From contig JAGWXF010000010.1 in assembly GCA_018970025.1 (NCBI GenBank), positions 12,133-76,132 of the forward strand: 64,000 bases of DNA. Direction: 5' to 3'. The translations under genes and the position numbers were made by a program. Source of the DNA: Actinomycetales bacterium. Lineage in GTDB: Bacteria > Actinomycetota > Actinomycetes > S36-B12. Positions 17,686-27,604 of the stretch are shown here, in pieces. Under the pieces are notes generated by a model that had not been told where the DNA came from, searched no databases, and worked only from the letters and a program-made list of their open reading frames with translations. Each line of letters opens with the position of its first letter. Within the stretch, counting starts at the first letter, position 1.

Positions 17686-19134
17686 TTACGGGGTGCCGGG
17701 CAGCACGTACGCGGTCTTGCTCGTCGTGAAGAACTCCTCGGCCGCGGTGCCCTGCTCCCTGGGGCCGTAACTGCTATCGCCGCGGCCGCCGAATGGCACA
17801 TGGAAGTCGACGCCGGCGGTCGGCAGGTTCACCATCACCATGCCCGCCTTGGATGCCCGCCGGAAGTGGGAGGCCTTCGCCAGGCTGGTCGTGCAGATCC
17901 CCGCGGACAGGTTCATCGTGCTGGCATTGGCGACCGCGAGGGCCTGCTCGTAGTCGGCGACACGCACCACCGACAGCACCGGCCCGAAGACCTCCTCGCG
18001 ATTGATCGTGTGCTCCGGTGACGTCCCGAGCACGAGCGCGGGCGTCAGGTAGTGGCCGGGGGTCCCCCGCTCGACGACCTCGCCGCCGATGACCGCTCCC
18101 CCCTCCGCCCGGGCGATTTCCAGGTAGCGCAGGTCCTGCTCCAGCTGGGATGCATCAACCACCGGGCCCATGTCGATGCCGGCCTGGCGTGCATCGCCCA
18201 CCGTCCAGCCGGACATCCGCGCACGGATCGCCTCGATGAGCGCGTCATGGATGCCGTCCGTGACCACGAGCACGCTGGACGCGGTACAGCGCTGGCCGGT
18301 GGAGCCGAAGCTGCCCTGTATCGCCACCTCGACTGCGACCCCGAGGTCGGCGTCATCGCAGACGATCAGCGGGTTCTTGCCGCCCAGCTCGAGCTGCACC
18401 TTCTTGCGGGTGGCGGCTGCCGCCTGCAGGATGCCCTGGCCGGTTTCGACCGACCCGGTGAAGGTGATGGCGCTGATCGCCGGGTCGCCGGTGAGGACGG
18501 GGCCGACCTGTGAGCCCTTCCCCAGGACGATGTTCAGCGCACCGACCGGCAGGCCGGCCCGGTTGAGGATGTCGACCAGCTCCCACGCGGAGCCGGGCAC
18601 CAGGTCGGCTGGCTTGAAGACCACGGTGTTGCCGAAGGCCAGGGCGGGCGCGATCTTCCAGGCCGGGATAGCGATCGGGAAGTTCCACGGGGTGATGATG
18701 CTGACCACCCCGACCGGCTCGCGGGTCACGGTGACCTCGATCCCGGGGCGGACGGAGTCCAGGGCCTGGCCGTGCGGCTGCAACGCGACCCCGGCGAAGT
18801 ACTTCAGGATCTGCCCGGCGCGCACCACCTCGCCGCGCGCCTCGGGCAGGGTCTTGCCCTCCTCGCGGGCCAGCAGGTCGCCGAGCTCGTCGGCACGGGC
18901 GAGGACCTCCGACCCGGCCCGGTCGAGCACCTCGGCGCGCTGCCACGGGGTTGTGCGCGACCAGCCGGGGAAGGCCTCCGCTGCCGCGGCCACCGCAGCG
19001 CTGGCGACCTCGGCGTCCGCGACGGATGACACGACCACGACATCGCCGAGGTCGGACGGATTGACGTCTGGTCGATCTGCACCGCTGCCGACGGACTGGC
19101 CGGCCACGATCGAGGTGAGGGTCCGGCTGCTCAT
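17686..19134 (-). CDS. NAD(P)-dependent aldehyde dehydrogenase (semialdehyde-dehydrogenase-like)
   Basis: ALDH catalytic motifs LELGGKNPLIV and FGSTGQRCTASS. 482 aa. Confidence 0.9.
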   Translation of the reverse strand: MSSRTLTSIVAGQSVGSGADRPDVNPSDLGDVVVVSSVADAEVASAAVAAAAEAFPGWSRTTPWQRAEVLDRAGSEVLARADELGDLLAREEGKTLPEARGEVVRAGQILKYFAGVALQPHGQALDSVRPGIEVTVTREPVGVVSIITPWNFPIAIPAWKIAPALAFGNTVVFKPADLVPGSAWELVDILNRAGLPVGALNIVLGKGSQVGPVLTGDPAISAITFTGSVETGQGILQAAAATRKKVQLELGGKNPLIVCDDADLGVAVEVAIQGSFGSTGQRCTASSVLVVTDGIHDALIEAIRARMSGWTVGDARQAGIDMGPVVDASQLEQDLRYLEIARAEGGAVIGGEVVERGTPGHYLTPALVLGTSPEHTINREEVFGPVLSVVRVADYEQALAVANASTMNLSAGICTTSLAKASHFRRASKAGMVMVNLPTAGVDFHVPFGGRGDSSYGPREQGTAAEEFFTTSKTAYVLPGTP

Positions 19135-19149
19135 CGAGACTCCTGACTG

Positions 19150-20325
19150 CTAGCGGTACGCAGGGATGCCGGTCAGGGCCTCGCCGATGACCAGCGTGTG
19201 CATCTCGTTGGTTCCCTCGTAGGTGAAGACCGACTCCAGGTTGTTCATGTGCCGGATCACGGGGTACTCCAGGGTGATGCCGTTCCCGCCGAGGATGCCG
19301 CGGCACTCCCGCGCGATGGCCAGGGCCTCGCGCGCGTTGTTGAGCTTGCCCAGGCTGATCTGCTCCGGCCTGATGAGGTGCTCGTCCTTCAGCCGGCCCA
19401 GGTGCAGGGCCAGCAGCATGCCCTTGCCCAGCTCCAGGGCCATGTCGGCGAGCTTGCGCTGGGTCAGCTGATAGGAGGCGATCGGCTCGTCGAACTGGAT
19501 GCGGTTCAGGGAGTAGTCGATCGCCGTCTGCAGGCAGTCCCGAGCGGCGCCCAATGTACCGAAGGCGATGCCGAACCGAGCCTCGTTCAGGCACGACAGC
19601 GGCCCGCGCAGGCTCGCCACGCCTGGCAGTACCGCGTCCTTGGGCAGCCGCACCTCATCGAAGACCAGTTCACTGGTCACCGAGGCGCGCAGCGACATCT
19701 TCCTGTGGATCTCGCGTGCGGTGAAGCCGGGAGTGTCGGTGGGGACGATGAACCCGCGGATCCCGCCATCAGTGCGGGCCCAGACCACGGCGACATCGGC
19801 GACACTGCCGTTGGTGATCCACATCTTGGAGCCGTTCAGGATCCAGTCATCGCCATCCTGCTTGGCATTGGTGAGCATCCCACTGGGGTTGGAGCCGAAG
19901 TCCGCCTCGGTCAGGCCGAAGCACCCGATCGTCTCCCCTGCAGCCATCTGCGGAAGCCACTGCTCCTTGTGCTCCGATGACCCGAAGGCGTGGATGGCGT
20001 ACATGGCCAGCGAGCCCTGGACGCTCACCAGGGACCGCAGCCCGGAGTCGCCCGCCTCGAGTTCCAAGCAGGCCAGGCCATAGGCGGTCGCGGACATTCC
20101 CGCGCAGCCGTAGCCCTCCAGGTGCATTCCCAGGACGCCGAGCTGGCCGAGCTCGCGGGCCAGCTCGCGGGCTGGGATCTGACCGGCCTCGAACCAGTCG
20201 GCAATCTCCGGCTTGATCCGGTCGTCGACGTAGGAGCGCACCACATCTCGGATCGATCGCTCCTCCTCGCTGAGCAGGTGGTCGATCGCGAACAGACCGA
20301 ACGGGGACTGCGGGGCCTTGGCCAT
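19150..20325 (-). CDS. gcdH: acyl-CoA dehydrogenase, glutaryl-CoA dehydrogenase-like
   Basis: 391 aa. GCFGLTEADFGSNPSGM, WITNGSVADVAVVWA and C-terminal YEGTNEMHTLVIG resemble GcdH. Confidence 0.8.
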   Translation of the reverse strand: MAKAPQSPFGLFAIDHLLSEEERSIRDVVRSYVDDRIKPEIADWFEAGQIPARELARELGQLGVLGMHLEGYGCAGMSATAYGLACLELEAGDSGLRSLVSVQGSLAMYAIHAFGSSEHKEQWLPQMAAGETIGCFGLTEADFGSNPSGMLTNAKQDGDDWILNGSKMWITNGSVADVAVVWARTDGGIRGFIVPTDTPGFTAREIHRKMSLRASVTSELVFDEVRLPKDAVLPGVASLRGPLSCLNEARFGIAFGTLGAARDCLQTAIDYSLNRIQFDEPIASYQLTQRKLADMALELGKGMLLALHLGRLKDEHLIRPEQISLGKLNNAREALAIARECRGILGGNGITLEYPVIRHMNNLESVFTYEGTNEMHTLVIGEALTGIPAYR

Positions 20326-20347
20326 GACGCCTCCATCAGGGGTGGTG

Positions 20348-20369
20348 CGCGGATTGTATCCAATCCGCG
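20348..20369. promoter_or_regulatory. perfect 9-bp inverted repeat (cgcggattg-tatc-caatccgcg): candidate GntR operator and/or terminator hairpin
   Basis: Lies between the GntR stop (20391) and the gcdH start (20325). Its core ATTGTATCCAAT resembles FadR/GntR-type operators. Confidence 0.4.
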
Positions 20370-20390
20370 AGCGAAGGATCCATGCACGGA

Positions 20391-21062
20391 TCAGCCGGGA
20401 GATGATGCGTGCATTGCCCGGATGCGACCGGTCACCGCCACCACCGACCGATGGCGATGCTCGGCCTGGACCGCGATGAGCCGCTCGGCATCGCGATCCC
20501 GCAGGGCGGCCATCATCTGCCGATGCTCGTCATTCACCCGCTCCAGGCTGGACGGCTCCAGGAAGTAGACCGAACGGTAGGCGTCAGTCGCATCCCACAG
20601 CAGCCGAATCATGCGGACCAGCCTGGGCATCCCGCAGGCCTGAAGCATCGCGAAGTGGAATGCGCGGTTCGCGGCGCTGATCGCCGAGACATCCTGGGTC
20701 TGCGTCGCCCGCTCAACCTCGCGCATGAGGCCATCGAGATCCGCGATGTCATCGTCCTCGATCTGGTCGACGACGAGGGCAAGTGCCTCCGCCTCGAGCA
20801 GCTCGCGGATGCGATACACCTCAGCGAGGTCCTCGACCGACAGCACGGCCACGAAGTAGCCGCGATGCGCGTGATACTCCAGCAGGCCCTCGGCCTCCAG
20901 GATCCGCAGGGCCTCGCGAATCGGCACGCGACTGACGCCGTACCGGCGGGCGAGGTCGTCCTGCACGACCTGCTCCCCCGGGGCGAGGTCGCCGCTGGCG
21001 ATCTCCGAGCGCAGAGTCGCCAGCACCGCCTCCTGAGCGGTGGGCGGCTTGACGCCGCTCAC
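20391..21062 (-). CDS. GntR family transcriptional regulator (FadR/FCD subfamily)
   Basis: Winged HTH (LARRYGVSRVPIREALRILEAEGLL) plus an all-helical C-terminal domain. 4-nt overlap with the CoA-transferase stop. Confidence 0.9.
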   Translation of the reverse strand: MSGVKPPTAQEAVLATLRSEIASGDLAPGEQVVQDDLARRYGVSRVPIREALRILEAEGLLEYHAHRGYFVAVLSVEDLAEVYRIRELLEAEALALVVDQIEDDDIADLDGLMREVERATQTQDVSAISAANRAFHFAMLQACGMPRLVRMIRLLWDATDAYRSVYFLEPSSLERVNDEHRQMMAALRDRDAERLIAVQAEHRHRSVVAVTGRIRAMHASSPG

Positions 21063-22240
21063 CTGGGCTCCGGCCCGAGGCCGAGGAGGGCGAGCACGTG
21101 CGCGCGATCCTCCCCGACCCTTGGCGGGGCCGAGGGATAGCGAATCGGGGTCTGGCTGTACCGGACTGGATTGGCCACCTGCTGGCGCGGGCCACTGCGG
21201 CGGGCATCGTTCACCTCGACGATCGGGTCAAGGCCAAGCCGAGCCGCCAGCGCGAAGGCATCGGCGATGTCGTTCACCGGCCCGCAGGGCACGCCGACTG
21301 CGCCGATCACCTCCTGCCAGTGATCGGCTCCGCGCTGCGCCAGCAGGCCGATCAGCTCCGCCTTGAGTGCCTCGCGATGGGCGACTCGCAGGGCATTGGT
21401 CGCAAAGCGCTCATCGGTCGCCATGTGACCTGCGCCGATGGCCTGCGCCATCCGGGCGAACTGCGCGTCGTTGCCCACGGCGATGACGATCGGCCGATCG
21501 GCCGTCGGGTAGACCTCGTAGGGCGCGATCGACGGATGGGCATTGCCCATCCGCGTCGGGACGACTCCGGCGATCGCATAGGCCGATGCCTGGTTGACCA
21601 GGCTCGACAGCAGGGTCGACAGCAGCGAGACCTCGAGGTGCTGGCCGATTCCCGTGACGTCGCGATGGCGCAACGCGGCGAGAATCGCGACGGTTGCATG
21701 CAGGCCGGTGAGGACGTCGACCACTGCCACCCCGGCCTTGGTCGGCTCGCTCGTCCCGGTGATGCTCATCAGCCCGCCCATCGCCTGGACGAGGATGTCG
21801 TAGCCGGGCAGCTCGGCGCCGGCACCGGAGCCGAAGCCGCTGATCGAGCAGTAGACGATGCCCGGATTTGCCGCGCGCACGTCGCCATAGGCCAGGCCGT
21901 ACGTGCCCAGCGCGCCCACCTTGAAGTTCTCGACCATCACGTCCGCGCGCTGGGCCAGGCGCTGCGCGATCGCCAGATCCGTCGCGTCGGCGATGTCGAG
22001 GTCGATCGACCACTTGCTCCGGTTCACCGAGTCGAAGTAGGTCGACTGGCCATCGGCATCCACCGGCGGCAGCCAGGCCCGCGTGTCGTCGCCGCTGCTC
22101 GGGCGCTCGACCTTCACGACCGTCGCACCGAGGTCGGCAAGCAGCATGGTGGCGTAGGGCCCGGCCAGCACCCGGGAGAAGTCGGCGACCAGGACCCCGG
22201 AAAGCGGCAGCGTCACCGCCTGATCGTATTCACTATCCAC
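21059..22240 (-). CDS. family III CoA-transferase (CaiB/BaiF)
   Basis: N-terminus LSGVLVADFSRVLAGPYATMLLADLGATVVKVE is the CaiB/BaiF hallmark. 393 aa. Confidence 0.9.
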   Translation of the reverse strand: MDSEYDQAVTLPLSGVLVADFSRVLAGPYATMLLADLGATVVKVERPSSGDDTRAWLPPVDADGQSTYFDSVNRSKWSIDLDIADATDLAIAQRLAQRADVMVENFKVGALGTYGLAYGDVRAANPGIVYCSISGFGSGAGAELPGYDILVQAMGGLMSITGTSEPTKAGVAVVDVLTGLHATVAILAALRHRDVTGIGQHLEVSLLSTLLSSLVNQASAYAIAGVVPTRMGNAHPSIAPYEVYPTADRPIVIAVGNDAQFARMAQAIGAGHMATDERFATNALRVAHREALKAELIGLLAQRGADHWQEVIGAVGVPCGPVNDIADAFALAARLGLDPIVEVNDARRSGPRQQVANPVRYSQTPIRYPSAPPRVGEDRAHVLALLGLGPEPR

Positions 22241-22291
22241 GCGTGCGCTGCGATTCCTTCGATGGCGGACCCCTCGACGGGTCCCCTGCCT

Positions 22292-22330
22292 CTACCGTAC
22301 GTATTCTCTTGTTGCCCGTACATACGGTAG
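22292..22330. promoter_or_regulatory. 12-bp inverted repeat upstream of vapB (candidate autoregulatory operator)
   Basis: ctaccgtacgta (22292-22303) and tacatacggtag (22319-22330) match in 11 of 12 positions, 15 bp apart. The right arm contains a TACGGT -10-like hexamer about 10 nt from the vapB GTG. Confidence 0.4.
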
Positions 22331-22339
22331 CCTCACCCG

Positions 22340-22591
22340 GTGAAGACCACCCTCGTTCTCGACGATGACCTCTATCGGCAGGCAAAGGTGATGGCCTCCG
22401 GGCGGGGCTGCACCGTGTCCTCGCTCGTCGAAGACGCGCTCCGACTGCTGATGCACGCTGACCCCGTCGTCCATGCCCCCGGGGAGCCCATGCCCGCGTG
22501 GGACCTCGGCCGAGCCCGCATCGACATCGACGACAATCGCGCGGTACGCGACGCACTGGACGAAGGCCAGCGTCACGATGCTCTGCGTTGA
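22340..22591 (+). CDS. vapB: type II antitoxin, VapB-like (ribbon-helix-helix)
   Basis: N-terminus (GTG)KTTLVLDDDLYRQAKVMASGRGCTVSSLVEDALRLL is typical of RHH antitoxins paired with PIN toxins. Overlaps the toxin start by 14 nt. Confidence 0.85.
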   Translation: MKTTLVLDDDLYRQAKVMASGRGCTVSSLVEDALRLLMHADPVVHAPGEPMPAWDLGRARIDIDDNRAVRDALDEGQRHDALR

Positions 22592-23006
22592 CATCAACGT
22601 CCTCGTCCACGCCGTGAACGAGGGCTCCGATCGACATGAGGAGGTTCGCGACTGGCTCGGCAACGCGCTCAGTTCGCGAACGCCGCTGCTCGTCCCGGAT
22701 ACCGTGACGACGGGGTTCGTTCGAATCGTCACCAGCCCCCGCGTCATGCCGTCACCGCTGCACCCCGATCAGGCATTCGCGCTCGTCGACTGGCTGCTCG
22801 AGCACCCGTCCGCAATGCCGCTCTCAGGCGACGGTCGCGCCCGGGCGGTCTTCCGACAGCTCGTGCAGTCCCTAGGCCTGCGAGGCAACGACGTCCCGGA
22901 CGCCTGGATCGCCGCGCTCTGCATCGCGACCAATGCGACAATCGTCACGTTCGATCGAGGGTTCCGGCGGTTCCCGGGCCTGCAGGCACTCGAGCCGGGT
23001 CACTAG
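22578..23006 (+). CDS. vapC: type II toxin, PIN-domain ribonuclease VapC
   Basis: ORF 22473..23006 trimmed to ATG 22578 (MLCVDINVLVHAV...). Acidic PIN residues occur in VDINVL, NDVPDAWIAAL and TFDRGF. Confidence 0.85.
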   Translation: MLCVDINVLVHAVNEGSDRHEEVRDWLGNALSSRTPLLVPDTVTTGFVRIVTSPRVMPSPLHPDQAFALVDWLLEHPSAMPLSGDGRARAVFRQLVQSLGLRGNDVPDAWIAALCIATNATIVTFDRGFRRFPGLQALEPGH

Positions 23007-23062
23007 ACCCCGCGCGTCCCCGCCCGCGAGCCAGGAGTGACGATGCGAGGTCTGCCGCGGCC

Positions 23063-24946
23063 TCAGGGCTTGTCGCTGACCAGCAACGGCGTGATCGCCT
23101 CCAGCACCCGGACGTCCTCGATCGTGCTGGGCACCGGCTCCGGCCGGCCGTCGGCGATCCCACGCATCGTCCGGCGCAGGATCTTGCCCGACCGGGTCTT
23201 CGGCAGGGCCGGGACGATGACGACCTGCTTCAATGCCGCCACCGGCCCGATCTCCCGGCGAACCGACTCCACGATCTCGGCCTGCAGCACCGCCGGATCG
23301 ACCTGCACCCCGGCCTTGAGGACGACGAAGGCCCGCGGCACCTGCCCCTTGAGGTCGTCATGCACGCCAATGACCGCGCACTCGGCGACCATCGGATGCG
23401 AGGCGACGACCGCCTCCATGGAACCGGTCGAGAGCCGATGCCCGGCGACGTTGATGACATCGTCGGTGCGGCCCATGACATACAGGTAGCCATCGGCATC
23501 CATCGACCCGCCGTCGCCGGTCGTGTAGTAGCCGGGGTTGGCGGTGAGGTACGCGTCGACGTAGCGCTGGTCATCTCCCCACAGGGTCGGCAGCGTGCCG
23601 GGCGGCATGGGCAGCCGGATGACGATGGCCCCATCGGTGCCGGCAGCCACCTGCCTGCCCTCGCCGTCGAGGACCTGCACGTCGTACCCCGGCACCGCCA
23701 CGCTCGGCGAGCCCGGCTTGATCGGCATCGGCTCCAGCCCGCGCAGGTTCGAGGCGATCGGCCACCCCGTCTCGGTCTGCCACCAGTTGTCGACCACCGG
23801 CACGCCGAGGTGGCCGCACGCCCAGTGGTACGTATCCGGGTCCAGCCGCTCCCCTGCCAGGAAGAGGGACCGCAGGCTGCTGATGTCATGGCGTGCGAGG
23901 TGCTCGCCGTCCGGATCCTCCTTCTTGATGGCCCGGATCGCGGTCGGAGCGGTGAACAGTCCATTGACCCCGTACTCCGCGATCACCCGCCAGAACGCGC
24001 CGGCATCGGGCGTACCGACCGGCTTGCCCTCGTACAGCACCGTCGTCGCGCCGCTGAGCAGCGGCGAGTAGACGATGTAGGAGTGGCCCACCACCCAGCC
24101 GACATCGGATGCGGCCCACCAGGTGTCGTCCGCCGTCATCCCGTAGACGTTCCAGAACGACCATGCCAAGGCGACCGCGTGGCCGCCGTTGTCGCGCACG
24201 ATGCCCTTCGGCCGACCGGTAGTGCCAGAGGTGTAGAGGATGTAGAGGGGGTCAGTAGCCTCGACGATGACGGGCTCATGCGGCACCGCAACGGCCATCG
24301 CAGCCGCCCAATCGACATCGGCCGCATGCATCTCGGCTCTCGCCTGCGGTCGCTGCAGGATGACGGACGCCTGCGGCTTGTGCCGGGCCATGCCGATGGC
24401 CTCGTCCAGCAAGGGCTTGTAGGGAAGTACCCGGCCGGCCTCGATCCCGCACGAAGCCGAGACGACCACCCGAGGGGTCGCGTCATCGATGCGAGCCGCG
24501 AGCTCGGCCGGGGCGAAGCCGCCGAAGACCACGGAATGCACCGCACCCAGCCGCGCGCAGGCGAGCATCGCGACCACGGCCTCGGGAACCATGGGCAGGT
24601 AGATGATGACCCGGTCGCCCTTCGATACCCCCAGGCCGGCCAGCACGCCGGCAAAGCGGGAGACCTCGTCGAGCAGCTCGGCGTAGGTGATCGATCGCTT
24701 GACCCCGGTGACCGGGCTGTCGTAGCGGATGGCGACCCTGTCGCCTCGACCGGCCGCGACATGACGGTCGAGGGCATTGACGCAGGTGTTCAGCCTGCCG
24801 CCGCGGAACCAGCGATAGAAGGGCGCCTGGCTGGAATCCAGGATCACCTCCGGCGGCGTGACCCAGTCGACCAGGGCAGCAGCCTGCGCCCAGAACTCCT
24901 CCGGCGCTGCAGCGGCCATCGCTCGCGCCCGCTCGTACTCGCCCAT
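23063..24946 (-). CDS. short-chain acyl-CoA synthetase (acetate/propionate--CoA ligase family, PrpE-like)
   Basis: 627 aa. AMP-binding motif YTSGTTGRPKG. ACS/PrpE-type N-terminus (FWAQAA...WFRGGRLNTCVNALDRH). Confidence 0.9.
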   Translation of the reverse strand: MGEYERARAMAAAAPEEFWAQAAALVDWVTPPEVILDSSQAPFYRWFRGGRLNTCVNALDRHVAAGRGDRVAIRYDSPVTGVKRSITYAELLDEVSRFAGVLAGLGVSKGDRVIIYLPMVPEAVVAMLACARLGAVHSVVFGGFAPAELAARIDDATPRVVVSASCGIEAGRVLPYKPLLDEAIGMARHKPQASVILQRPQARAEMHAADVDWAAAMAVAVPHEPVIVEATDPLYILYTSGTTGRPKGIVRDNGGHAVALAWSFWNVYGMTADDTWWAASDVGWVVGHSYIVYSPLLSGATTVLYEGKPVGTPDAGAFWRVIAEYGVNGLFTAPTAIRAIKKEDPDGEHLARHDISSLRSLFLAGERLDPDTYHWACGHLGVPVVDNWWQTETGWPIASNLRGLEPMPIKPGSPSVAVPGYDVQVLDGEGRQVAAGTDGAIVIRLPMPPGTLPTLWGDDQRYVDAYLTANPGYYTTGDGGSMDADGYLYVMGRTDDVINVAGHRLSTGSMEAVVASHPMVAECAVIGVHDDLKGQVPRAFVVLKAGVQVDPAVLQAEIVESVRREIGPVAALKQVVIVPALPKTRSGKILRRTMRGIADGRPEPVPSTIEDVRVLEAITPLLVSDKP

Positions 24947-24988
24947 AGCGACTTCCTCCCTGCCGCCGGGTCGCGCCCGACTCGCCGT

Positions 24989-25594
24989 CTACGCGTCCGA
25001 GCCCTGCTCTCCGACCTGCTGCGGCACCGCCTGCCCGGCCCCGCTGCCGTCCGACTTCCAGCGCTGCTGGATCGTCGACTTGGCCGCGCCGCCGAGAATC
25101 CGGACCACCACCCCGACGAAGGCGATGTCGAATGCCATCTGCGTCATCGCCACCAGCCTGGCAGTGTCGGTCACCGGGGTGATGTCGCCGAAGCCCACGG
25201 TCGCCAGCACCGTCAGCGCGAAGTAGTAGGCGGAGAAGTGCGTCAGCGGCTCGGTGAAGGCGCCCCGGTCCTGCTGGGAGATCACCACGTAGATGGCGGC
25301 GTACACCGCCAGGAACATCGCGGCCACCAGGACCAGGGCCTCTGCCGACTGCAGGGTGGGGTAGACCGCACGCTTGATGCGGTTCAGCTGGTGCCGGAAG
25401 TAGGCGACGTAGATGATCACGCCCAGCAGGACGAACGCAGCGGGGGCGACCACTCGGCCATCGGTCGAATCCGGGAGCAGGTACATCGCGCCCCAGATGA
25501 GGGTGAGCCCGATCACCACCCGCAGGCAGGCGGCAAGGATCAGCCTGTTGCGCTTGGCTCGGCTCTCCGGCAGTGGGGGCAGCGGAACCGACAT
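24989..25594 (-). CDS. two-TM potassium channel family protein
   Basis: Selectivity filter TVGFGD, flanked by hydrophobic helices. ORF 24989..25720 trimmed to ATG 25594 so that it does not overlap rlmN. Confidence 0.8.
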   Translation of the reverse strand: MSVPLPPLPESRAKRNRLILAACLRVVIGLTLIWGAMYLLPDSTDGRVVAPAAFVLLGVIIYVAYFRHQLNRIKRAVYPTLQSAEALVLVAAMFLAVYAAIYVVISQQDRGAFTEPLTHFSAYYFALTVLATVGFGDITPVTDTARLVAMTQMAFDIAFVGVVVRILGGAAKSTIQQRWKSDGSGAGQAVPQQVGEQGSDA

Positions 25595-25607
25595 GGCCGC
25601 GAGTCTC

Positions 25608-26705
25608 TCACGACAGGGCCGCCAGCTGCCCGCACGCGCCGTCAATCTCCCGGCCCCGGGTATCGCGAACGGTGACGGCGACACCGCGCCGCCGCAGGAC
25701 GCCGACGAACGCCTCCTCATCCTCCGGGCGCGAGGCCGTCCACTTCGATCCTGGCGTGGGATTGAGCGGGATGAGGTTCACGTGCACGAGGTGGCCCTGG
25801 AGCAGATCTGCCAGCATCTCCGCCCGCCAGGAGTGGTCATTGATGTCCCTGATCAGCGCGTACTCGATGCTCACCCGCCTGCCGGTGGCCTCGGCATACG
25901 CCCAGGCAGCGTCCATCACCTCCGCAACGGGCCAACGGGTATTGATCGGGACGAGGGTGTCGCGCAGGTGATCGTCCGGCGCATGCAGCGAGATCGCCAG
26001 CGTCACCGGCAGGTGCTCCTGCGCGAACTGGTGGATGCGCGGCACCAGGCCCACGGTCGACACGGTGATCCCCCGAGCGCTCATGCCCAGCCCCTCGGGC
26101 ACCGGCAAGGTGAGCCGACGGATCGCGTTGATCACGGCTGCGTAGTTCGCCAGCGGCTCGCCCATCCCCATGAACACTACGTTCGACACCCGGCCCGGCC
26201 CACCGGCAACCTGCCCGCGCTGCAGGCTGCGCGCACCCGCGAGCACCTGCTCGACGATCTCCGCCGTCGACAGGTTCCGGGTCAGGCCACTCTGCCCGGT
26301 GGCGCAGAAGGGGCAGTTCATCCCGCATCCAGCCTGGGACGAGATGCACATCGTGACCCGGTCCGGATACCGCATCAGCACGCTCTCGATCAGCGCCCCA
26401 TCGTGCAGTCGCCAGGCGGTCTTGACGGTGCTGCCCGCATCGCAGTCGATCGTCCGCGCTTGCGTCAGCAGCGGCGGCAGCAGTGCCGTGATCACCCCAC
26501 GGGCATCGGCGGGAAGGTCTGACCATGCGCTCGGGTCGTCCTCCAGCCGACCGAGCCAATGGCGACTGACCTGGTCGGCCCGGAAGGCCGGCAGGCCGAG
26601 CTCTGTCACCGCCGCTCGCCGCTGCTCGCCCGTCAGGTCCATCAGGTGGCGCGGGGGGCGTCCGCGCGACGGCGCATCGAGGATCAGCTCACCTGGCGCG
26701 GGCAT
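25608..26705 (-). CDS. rlmN: 23S rRNA/tRNA (adenine-C2)-methyltransferase, radical SAM
   Basis: Radical-SAM cluster [11 protein letters not shown] and RlmN-type overall sequence. Conserved position next to cdsA. Confidence 0.9.
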   Translation of the reverse strand: MPAPGELILDAPSRGRPPRHLMDLTGEQRRAAVTELGLPAFRADQVSRHWLGRLEDDPSAWSDLPADARGVITALLPPLLTQARTIDCDAGSTVKTAWRLHDGALIESVLMRYPDRVTMCISSQAGCGMNCPFCATGQSGLTRNLSTAEIVEQVLAGARSLQRGQVAGGPGRVSNVVFMGMGEPLANYAAVINAIRRLTLPVPEGLGMSARGITVSTVGLVPRIHQFAQEHLPVTLAISLHAPDDHLRDTLVPINTRWPVAEVMDAAWAYAEATGRRVSIEYALIRDINDHSWRAEMLADLLQGHLVHVNLIPLNPTPGSKWTASRPEDEEAFVGVLRRRGVAVTVRDTRGREIDGACGQLAALS

Positions 26706-26717
26706 GGCTCATCCGCG

Positions 26718-27604
26718 TCAACTGATGCCGCTGCCGAGGAAGACGCTGAAGATCACCCACGAGGCGAAGGCATTCGGCAGCAGGGAATCCAGTCGATCCA
26801 TCATCCCGCCATGGCCTGGCAGGAGCGTGCCCATGTCCTTGATGCCCAGGTCTCGCTTGATGGCGGACTCGGCGAAGTCGCCCGCGGTTGCCGTCACGGT
26901 CATGATCGCCCCGGCGATCACCCCCTGCCACCATGGAGCGTGCAGGAGCCAGGCGAAGGCCGCTGCGCCGACCAGGGCCTGGGTGACGACTGAGCCGGCG
27001 AAGCCCTCCCACGACTTCTTGGGGCTCAGCTGGGCAGCAATCGGGTGCCGGCCGAACAGCACCCCGGCCGCGTACCCGCCGATGTCGTTGCCGATGGTCA
27101 GCAGGATGAAGGCAACGACGCGTGCGGGCCCGTTGTCGGCCGCCAGGGTCAGCATCAGGAAGCCGGCCATGAACGGCAGGTAGGCGATGATGAAGGCGCT
27201 CGCCGTGACGTCCTTGACGAACCCATAGGCGCCACGCCGGATCCGCCAGAACATCAGCGCCAGCACTGCGATGCCCATAGCGGTCAGCTGCGCGGTCGCT
27301 CCCCACTCGTAGGCGACGACCGGAATCGCGATCGTGAAGACCACCAGGGGCGTGCGCGCGACGTGGATGCCGCGCTGGCCGAATGCGCGCACGAACTCGA
27401 ACACGGCGATGAGCAGGGCCGCGATCACCACGATCGCGAAGGTCCACTTCACCGTGAACAGGCTGAGCAGCACGATGGCGCCAAGCGCCACTCCGGAGGC
27501 AATCGCCGCGGGCAGGTTGCGCCCTGCGCGCGACTTGCGCGGCTCGGACGCAGGCTCGGCAGGCGGGGTGCCCGGCGCTGGCGACGGTTCGGGATCGCTC
27601 AAGG

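Noticed and set aside
23360-25675. 771-aa plus-strand ORF. Similar very long ORFs include 41083..42843 (+), 42881..45043 (+), 49110..51506 (+), 49780..51786 (+), 18353..19594 (-), 45502..46734 (-) and 58124..59212 (+).
   Set aside because: All lie antisense to, or frame-shifted within, strongly supported genes (acyl-CoA synthetase, ffh, glnD, smc, ALDH, amt, recG). Their translations are Arg/Pro/Gly/Ala-rich low-complexity strings with no recognisable motifs. These are typical stop-codon-poor shadow ORFs of GC-rich DNA.
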